From NCBI GenBank assembly GCA_002420185.1, contig DIHO01000019.1, forward strand, positions 380,324 through 412,323: DNA of 32,000 nucleotides, written 5' to 3'. Both the position numbers and the translations under genes were made by a program. This document shows positions 26,636-32,000 of the stretch, piece after piece. The stretch comes from Opitutales bacterium UBA5694 (GTDB lineage Bacteria; Verrucomicrobiota; Verrucomicrobiia; Opitutales; Opitutaceae). A model generated the notes under the pieces. The model saw only the letters and a list, made by a program, of their open reading frames with translations. It did not search any database and had not been told where the DNA came from. Every line of letters starts with the position of its first letter. Within the stretch, counting starts at the first letter, position 1.

Positions 26636-27649
26636 TTGAAATTTAAAACAAGATCAGCGGCTAGCCTCTTTGTTGTGCTCCTGTTATCCGTAGGTTTGTC
26701 TGCGTCAGAAAGGATCGGAGACCACTTCTGGCCCACTCCCAACAACGCTTTTGTAAAGGGTAGGACCTTGGCTCATTTCGTCCAGCCTACTGAATCTGGG
26801 AAGCTGAATTCCGCTCTTTGGGGTTGCGTTCGAAATAATGGTACCCGGTTTCACGAGGGGATCGACCTCAAGGCCACGCAGAAGGATAGCCACGGCGAGC
26901 CGACCGATTCGGTTTTTGCTTTCGATAAAGGGATCGTCCGCTATGTAAATTTAGAGCCCAGGCGCAGCAGCTATGGAAGATATATTGTTATCGAGCATCT
27001 GCATTGGAGTCCCGGTATGGTAACTTTGTATGCTCACCTGAGTGCAGTACCAAACGCCATTAGATCTGGAGTTGAGGTAGCAGGGGGACAGCCAATCGCC
27101 ACGATGGGGCGTTCAGCGAGTTACACTATTCCGCGTAGTCGTGCTCATTTACATTTTGAAATCGGGCTTTGGCTTGGGGGAGAGTTTCAAAGGTGGTACG
27201 ACGAGCAGCGGTTCGATGATCTAAACGATCACGGTGAATTCAATGGGATGAATATAATTGGGATGGATGTTTGGGCGATACTGCAGGCATTAAAAAGAGG
27301 AGAAGTAGCCAATGTCGTTGAATACCTAGCGGCCGAACCGGCTGCGGTATCAGTGAACCACTGGGACCCGCAGATTCCCGATCTCTTGCAGGTAAACCCC
27401 GACCTCATGACAAACTATGTGATTCCTGAAAACCACGAGGGTTGGCGTATCGATTTTTCGGCAAGTGGTCTACCCCTGCGTTTTGAGGCCCTTGCTTCGA
27501 AAACCAGATCTTCGAGCCGAACGACGATTCAGGTGGTTAACGAAAGGGTGGCTAGTTCCCATTCGTGCCTGGGTCTAATCAGCGGGGGCGGGACACCTGC
27601 ACTCGGTGCGAAGCTTAACGGCATCCTGCAGCGGTTGTTTGTAGACTAA
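26636..27649 (+). CDS. M23 family metallopeptidase (peptidoglycan endopeptidase-like)
   Basis: Signal peptide. HEGIDL, YAHLS and HLHFEI match the HxxxD ... HxH zinc ligands of LytM/M23. TTG start. Confidence 0.8.
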   Translation: MKFKTRSAASLFVVLLLSVGLSASERIGDHFWPTPNNAFVKGRTLAHFVQPTESGKLNSALWGCVRNNGTRFHEGIDLKATQKDSHGEPTDSVFAFDKGIVRYVNLEPRRSSYGRYIVIEHLHWSPGMVTLYAHLSAVPNAIRSGVEVAGGQPIATMGRSASYTIPRSRAHLHFEIGLWLGGEFQRWYDEQRFDDLNDHGEFNGMNIIGMDVWAILQALKRGEVANVVEYLAAEPAAVSVNHWDPQIPDLLQVNPDLMTNYVIPENHEGWRIDFSASGLPLRFEALASKTRSSSRTTIQVVNERVASSHSCLGLISGGGTPALGAKLNGILQRLFVD

Positions 27650-27737
27650 GCGCAGTCCGCTGGTCTTTCTAAAGTCGGTAGAACAAAAAAGGCCGCTAGG
27701 TTAGAAGCTGACTCAGGAAATTGATCTCTTAGGCCGT

Positions 27738-27893
27738 TTATTCAGCTGGTTTGGTCTTTTTGAGGCCGACTACGCGGTCGCCCGTTTTCCATTCACCGCG
27801 TTTGCTTAGTAGTTCGACGCGCTCGAATCGCTTTAGCACATTGCGTTTCACGGCGGAGCTGCTGGAAGATTTGTAACTAGGATGCTGTGACAT
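27738..27893 (-). CDS. PVC-type 'small basic protein' (51 aa), below the ORF-track length cutoff
   Basis: My translation is MSQHPSYKSSSSSAVKRNVLKRFERVELLSKRGEWKTGDRVVGLKKTKPAE. The KRNVLKRFERV...KRG.W..GDRV.GL.KTK pattern matches the conserved small basic protein of Planctomycetes/Verrucomicrobia/Chlamydiae as I remember it. Confidence 0.7.
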   Translation of the reverse strand: MSQHPSYKSSSSSAVKRNVLKRFERVELLSKRGEWKTGDRVVGLKKTKPAE

Positions 27894-27899
27894 GGCTTT

Positions 27900-28280
27900 T
27901 TAACTAGGGTCTTTTTTTCCAAGGCGGAGGAAGTTGGACGCTTCTTTTATCCAGATCAAGTACTTTTCGTCAACTTTTACCGCTTCTGTTTCAATCCACT
28001 GATGAGTATGGTAGGGATGGAGCTCATTGATGCGGGTCCGAGCTATTGGCAGATTGCTTCCGAGAATTTTTAGCCATAACCGAAATTCAGTGGTGCTGCA
28101 CCGCTCTCCATCCCAATTGTAAATGGAAGTAGTGGGTCCGTCGAGTTGTACGCAGGCGGCAATTCGCTCGTTTACGAAGGCATTGGCGATTGCAAGCCCC
28201 TCTGCTTCTGTTGAGACCGTCGTCCAGCAAGTAAAAAGTGGATCAGTTTTATGGGAGTCCTCGGAATCTGGTTCGGTCAT
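27900..28280 (-). CDS. cutA: Divalent-cation tolerance protein CutA
   Basis: The pattern AIANAFVNERIAACVQLDGPTTSIYNWDGE...EFRLWLKI...LHPYHTHQWI is characteristic of CutA1. Confidence 0.8.
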   Translation of the reverse strand: MTEPDSEDSHKTDPLFTCWTTVSTEAEGLAIANAFVNERIAACVQLDGPTTSIYNWDGERCSTTEFRLWLKILGSNLPIARTRINELHPYHTHQWIETEAVKVDEKYLIWIKEASNFLRLGKKDPS

Positions 28281-28308
28281 GATCGCGCAATAATCTCTTG
28301 ACCCGCTA

Positions 28309-28563
28309 GTGCTTCAAGGTAAAAGGCAGAATTCCACATACCAAAAGGAGATATCTGCTTTGAGAGACGATTATATAAAAGAAGCCCGGAAGGTCATCAC
28401 TGATCCGAATATTTTAGTCAACGTTGTGTCGCGTCGGGTCAAACAGCTACGACACGGAAACCGACCCCTTGTGGAGTCACTAGAAAAGCTGAATCTTGAA
28501 GACATCGCCCTGCGAGAAATAATTGAGGGGAAAATAAATTACGAGATAGGCGAAGAAGCTTAA
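28309..28563 (+). CDS. rpoZ: DNA-directed RNA polymerase subunit omega
   Basis: NILVNVVSRRVKQLRHGNRPLVE...EDIALREIIEGKI is the RpoZ signature. A likelier start is the in-frame TTG at 28360, which sits 9 nt after AAGGAG (28345-28350). Confidence 0.75.
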   Translation: MLQGKRQNSTYQKEISALRDDYIKEARKVITDPNILVNVVSRRVKQLRHGNRPLVESLEKLNLEDIALREIIEGKINYEIGEEA

Positions 28564-28592
28564 TCGTCACGACGAAAGGCGACTCACAGGAT

Positions 28593-28619
28593 ACGCGGCG
28601 GGAAACTGTCGCGTTTTTT
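28593..28619 (+). terminator. Rho-independent terminator after rpoZ
   Basis: ACGCGGC-gggaaact-GTCGCGT, a 7-bp stem with one G-U pair, running into a T6 tract (28614-28619). Confidence 0.6.
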
Positions 28620-28656
28620 GTAAGTCGGGACCGATCTATCCGGATGGATTTGTGAA

Positions 28657-29136
28657 TTGATGGCTGGCAAAAAACAGAACAAGTCCAATGTGCCGAAGGA
28701 GATCCGCAACGCTAAAGCGAGGCGGGACTACCTCCTGGAGGATATTTTTGAAGCCGGCATCATTTTGACAGGTACGGAAGTGAAGTCGTTGCGGGCGGGA
28801 AAAGCCTCTTTAAACGAGAGCTTTTGTCGATTTGTTAAGTTGGATCTATTCATATGCGGATTCCACATAGACGAGTATGCTTGGGGAACGATGAACAATC
28901 ACATCCCTCGTCGTGAGCGAAAGCTGCTGCTGCATCGACACGAGCTGCGCAAATTGAATAAGCAGGTCGAGTCAGGAGGCAAGACGATCGTCCCTCTGCG
29001 TCTGTACTTTAAAGAGGCGCTGGTTAAAATCGAGATAGCGGTCGGCGTTGGTAAAAAGCTTTTTGACAAGCGGGAAGATCTCAAGAAGAAAGCCGTCATG
29101 CGGGATGATGATCGGTCTTTTAAGTTTCGTCGATAG
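28657..29136 (+). CDS. smpB: SsrA-binding protein SmpB
   Basis: NAKARRDYLLEDIFEAGIILTGTEVKSLRAGKASLNESF...RERKLLLHRHELRKL...GKTIVPLRLYFK...KIEIAVGVGKKLFDKRE. The probable start is the ATG at 28660. Confidence 0.9.
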   Translation: MMAGKKQNKSNVPKEIRNAKARRDYLLEDIFEAGIILTGTEVKSLRAGKASLNESFCRFVKLDLFICGFHIDEYAWGTMNNHIPRRERKLLLHRHELRKLNKQVESGGKTIVPLRLYFKEALVKIEIAVGVGKKLFDKREDLKKKAVMRDDDRSFKFRR

Positions 29137-29160
29137 AGCCACCTAATACTCTATTTTTTT

Positions 29161-29787
29161 ATGAACGAACAAATGAAAATCGCCTGTCTTGACCTAGAGG
29201 GGGTTTTGATTCCAGAGATCTGGACAAGTCTTGCTGAAAAGACGGGTGTCGAAGCGCTCAAGCTCACTACACGCGACATCGCGGACTATGATGAGCTAAT
29301 GGGAAAGCGGCTCGAATTGCTGGATGAACACGGATTGACGTTGAAGGATCTTCAGGAGGTAGTAGCTACGATGGATCCACTGGAAGGCGCTAGGGATTTT
29401 CTGGAATGGCTGCAGGACCAGGCTGAGGTGATAATCCTCTCGGACACGTTTCGCGAGTTTGCCATGCCTTTGATTGCCAAACTAGGGAATCCGACTATGT
29501 TTTGCCATTCCCTTTCCGTGGATAACGAAACGTATCGGATTAAAGACTACGTACTCCGACAGAATGACCAGAAGCGAAAAGCGGTGATTGCGTTGAAAGG
29601 CTTGAACTTTCGTGTGCTGTCCATGGGAGATTCCTACAATGACCTGAGTATGCTTGAGGAAGCGGATGCTGGAATTTTCTTTAAGCCGACCAAGAAGATA
29701 ATAGAAGAGTTTCCACAATTCCCGGTTACCGAGAATTACCAGGAGTTGAAATGCCATTTATGTTTGGCACACGGTTTCCGCCGGTAG
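29161..29787 (+). CDS. thrH: Bifunctional phosphoserine phosphatase / homoserine phosphotransferase ThrH (HAD family)
   Basis: KIACLDLEGVLIPEIWTSLAEKTGVEALKLTTRDIADYDELMGKRLELLDEHGL...VIILSDTF...GDSYND...EFPQFP is near-colinear with Pseudomonas ThrH as I recall it. Confidence 0.8.
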   Translation: MNEQMKIACLDLEGVLIPEIWTSLAEKTGVEALKLTTRDIADYDELMGKRLELLDEHGLTLKDLQEVVATMDPLEGARDFLEWLQDQAEVIILSDTFREFAMPLIAKLGNPTMFCHSLSVDNETYRIKDYVLRQNDQKRKAVIALKGLNFRVLSMGDSYNDLSMLEEADAGIFFKPTKKIIEEFPQFPVTENYQELKCHLCLAHGFRR

Positions 29788-29829
29788 CACTATAACGACC
29801 AGGGCCGAATTAAGGTCCGGCTCAATCCC

Positions 29830-30294
29830 ATGTTGCACGTCGTATTATTTCAGCCAGAGATTCCTCAAAACACCGGAAACATTGGCCGTACTTGTGCCAT
29901 TTCCGAGTCTCGCTTGCATTTGATTTATCCACTTGGGTTTGAAATAAGAGATAAACACCTGCGTCGAAGCGGAATGGACTATTGGCACAATCTTGATATC
30001 CGGCATCATGAGAGCTGGGAGGCGTTTAAGAATTCGGCTGACGGACCGAAGCGGTTATTTTTAATGACGACGAAGGGGGCTAGGTCTTACTGGGATGTTG
30101 CATACGAGGATGGAGACGGACTTGTCTTTGGTAGAGAAGGTTCGGGGGCCCCCGATTGGATGCACGAAGAGATTGGGGAGGACCGACGCGTGTTAATTCC
30201 ACTCTACAACGATACCCTGCGATCCTTGAACTTGGCTACCAGTGCGGGGATTGCCGTTTACGAAGTGATGCGACAGCTCAAGGGCAGTCGTTAA
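29830..30294 (+). CDS. trmL: tRNA (cytidine/uridine-2'-O-)-methyltransferase TrmL (SpoU/TrmH family)
   Basis: HVVLFQPEIPQNTGNIGRTCA...HLIYPLGF...LRRSGMDYWH...LVFGREGSG...IPL...RSLNLATSAGIAVYE. Confidence 0.85.
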   Translation: MLHVVLFQPEIPQNTGNIGRTCAISESRLHLIYPLGFEIRDKHLRRSGMDYWHNLDIRHHESWEAFKNSADGPKRLFLMTTKGARSYWDVAYEDGDGLVFGREGSGAPDWMHEEIGEDRRVLIPLYNDTLRSLNLATSAGIAVYEVMRQLKGSR

Positions 30295-31031
30295 GCTCAT
30301 ATAGGATCGTTTTGCCCAATAGCCATTTTTACGCAAAAAGTATTGAACGTAAAGATGCCTTAGCTTGGAGACATCATGCACGGATTGCAGTTGCCCAGAC
30401 ATTGAATGAGAACGATCCGAGAATCGAAATCACTTGAGTGGTGCACTCTCGATTTGAACCGCTGGTTCGCACATGCACTGTCGTCGATCGCACGGTGACC
30501 TTTCCTAGAGCGAGGGGTACTGCGGGATTTGCCAATCTCTGCATAAACTGAGACGCTATCGGTTTATTTTGGTTCTCGACCTGCAGTGATTGGCTCCTGG
30601 CGGGTTAACGATTTTCCTTAGCAAGGTGCTTCGTGAGGTGGGGTGAAGCGACGCCCTGGACGGGGCGATATTATTTGAGAAATAGTTGGTTCCGTTGCCT
30701 CGAAGAATCGGCTGTGCCCATCCGTTGGACATTCTGATGGAGCTTTGCCGTGTATTTGGTTTGGAGACCAAACGCAGGGTTGTGGTTAAGTTAAGTTTAA
30801 AGGATTTGTCAGATCTCGGAATCACACAGGACCATCGGATCGTCGAGATCGCACCCGCTCTCAGAATTCCGAAACGGCGCGATAAAAATGTTGGGCGGAG
30901 ACTTAGTATCGGTTTCCGTAAATAGATTAATCGAGGAGTTATCTCGACGATTCTAAGGGTGGAAAGACGCTCTCTCTTGACTTTAGTGGGTACGCAGCGT
31001 TGAGGAATGATGATTCGAATTTCTTTAATGA

Positions 31032-32000
31032 ATGATTGATCTAAAAATATTACGAGAATCTCCAGAGGCGGTACGCAGCGGAATATTAAAAAAACGCAGT
31101 GACTGCGACCTCGATGCGGTGCTCAATGCGGATGGGGAACGGAGGAAGCTCATCGTTGAGGTTGAGAACCTCCGAGCTGAGCAAAAAGCCGCTAATTCAG
31201 ATATGGCTCAGATGCAGAAGGGGAGTCAGGAGTTTATGGAGAAGGTCGGCTCAATGAAAGCGTTATCAGCTCGAATTAAAGAAAGCGATGGTGTGTTGAA
31301 GGAGTTGGATGCGGCATGTAGCGATCTTTATCTGAGTGTACCGAATCTTCCTCATGAATCAGTTCCTGAAGGCAAGAGTGATGCCGATAATGTAGTTTTC
31401 AAAAGCTGGGGTGAAATTCCGGAGAGTAAATCGTATCACATTCCTCACTACGATTTTGATTGGCTGGAACAAATAATCGATTTCAAGCGCGGGACGAAGG
31501 TAACGGGTGCTGGATTTCCCTTTTTCGTGGGTGATGGGGCGAGACTTGTGCGTAGTCTAGTCTCGTTCTTCCTCGATCAAGCAAACGAAGCGGGTATCCA
31601 GGAAATGGCGGTTCCTTTTTTTGTCAACGCTGAGAGTGCAACTGCGACGGGCCAGCTTCCAGACAAAGAAGGGCAAATGTATCAAACTGTTGAGGACAGC
31701 CTTTACGCGATTCCGACCGCGGAAGTACCCTTGACCAATTTTCTGCGGGATGAGATCTTGGATGAGTCGGATTTGCCAATATACCGTTGCGGTCATTCGG
31801 CCTGTTTTCGGAGAGAAGCGGGCAGCTACGGGAAAGACGTGCGGGGATTAAACCGGGTTCATCAGTTCGATAAAGTTGAAATCCTTAAATGGGTTAAGCC
31901 AGAGTCCAGTTACGACGAATTGGAAAGCCTGCGCGATTACGCGGAGAGCTTGCTGCAAAAGCTGGAGTTGCCCTACCGTGCTCTGCTAATGTGCGGAGGG
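31032..32000 (+). CDS. serS: Serine--tRNA ligase, N-terminal 323 codons; it continues past the window
   Basis: ORF open to the window end, so it is absent from the track. MIDLKILRESPEAV...(coiled-coil arm)...LSVPNLPHESVPEG...GAGFPFF...TAEVPLTNF...FRREAGSYGKDVRGLNRVHQFDKVE contains the class II motifs of SerS. Confidence 0.9.
   Translation, partial: MIDLKILRESPEAVRSGILKKRSDCDLDAVLNADGERRKLIVEVENLRAEQKAANSDMAQMQKGSQEFMEKVGSMKALSARIKESDGVLKELDAACSDLYLSVPNLPHESVPEGKSDADNVVFKSWGEIPESKSYHIPHYDFDWLEQIIDFKRGTKVTGAGFPFFVGDGARLVRSLVSFFLDQANEAGIQEMAVPFFVNAESATATGQLPDKEGQMYQTVEDSLYAIPTAEVPLTNFLRDEILDESDLPIYRCGHSACFRREAGSYGKDVRGLNRVHQFDKVEILKWVKPESSYDELESLRDYAESLLQKLELPYRALLMCGG

Noticed and set aside
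30439-30460. Possible tmRNA/tRNA 3' end on the minus strand (reverse complement ...GGTTCAAATCGAGAGTGCACCA), attractive because smpB is 1.3 kb away.
   Set aside because: The bases flanking the TTCAAAT loop (AGCGG / CGAGA) cannot form a T-stem. No complementary acceptor 5' strand, no GGGG...TTCGAC 5' motif and no ...ALAA-type tag ORF were found on either strand of 30295-31031.
30957-30970. T-box-like GGGTGG element upstream of serS.
   Set aside because: Only the GGGTGG core is present. The adjoining ACCGCG, the specifier and stem I architecture and a terminator/antiterminator pair are not visible, and T-boxes are not expected in this lineage.
30989-31080. An 11-nt direct repeat GGTACGCAGCG at 30989-30999 and 31070-31080, flanking the serS start.
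   Set aside because: A rough expectation for an exact 11-mer recurring within 100 nt somewhere in 32 kb is about one, so it is compatible with chance. Likewise GGTGCACTCTC recurs at 23035 and 30440, and hundreds of such long-range 11-mer matches are expected.
1-32000. Scan for CRISPR arrays, rRNA, tRNA, intact IS elements, integrases or prophage structural genes.
   Set aside because: No regularly spaced direct repeats, no rRNA-like or cloverleaf-compatible segments and no full-length transposase or integrase ORF were seen by eye. An automated scan (tRNAscan-SE, Infernal, ISEScan, CRISPR detection) is still advisable.

Overview
This 32-kb window looks like a chromosome segment from a marine, glycan-degrading bacterium of the PVC superphylum, probably Verrucomicrobiota-like. 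That inference rests on three formylglycine-type sulfatases, a BNR sialidase-like hydrolase, a BspA-type LRR protein and a PVC-type 'small basic protein'. The right part (23.3-32 kb) is ordinary housekeeping: PhnP-like MBL hydrolase, hemW, M23 peptidase, cutA, rpoZ, smpB, thrH, trmL and serS. The main feature is a lower-GC block at about 4.4-14.2 kb carrying a co-directional, tightly spaced cassette of four genes. (1) An SDR oxidoreductase. (2) A 500-aa protein built from three tandem TIR/DUF4062-like modules. (3) A 1624-aa nSTAND-type P-loop NTPase with one transmembrane helix and a predicted extracytoplasmic beta-propeller/discoidin/LamG sensor. (4) A 562-aa membrane protein with a K-channel-like 2-TM core, a TrkA-N Rossmann domain and C-terminal RyR repeats. 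I read genes 2-4 as a candidate, not-yet-named TIR/STAND conflict system (anti-phage or programmed death) with a channel-like effector. No rRNA, tRNA, CRISPR array or intact mobile element was recognised by eye. All domain calls come from reading motifs in the translations, with no database search.
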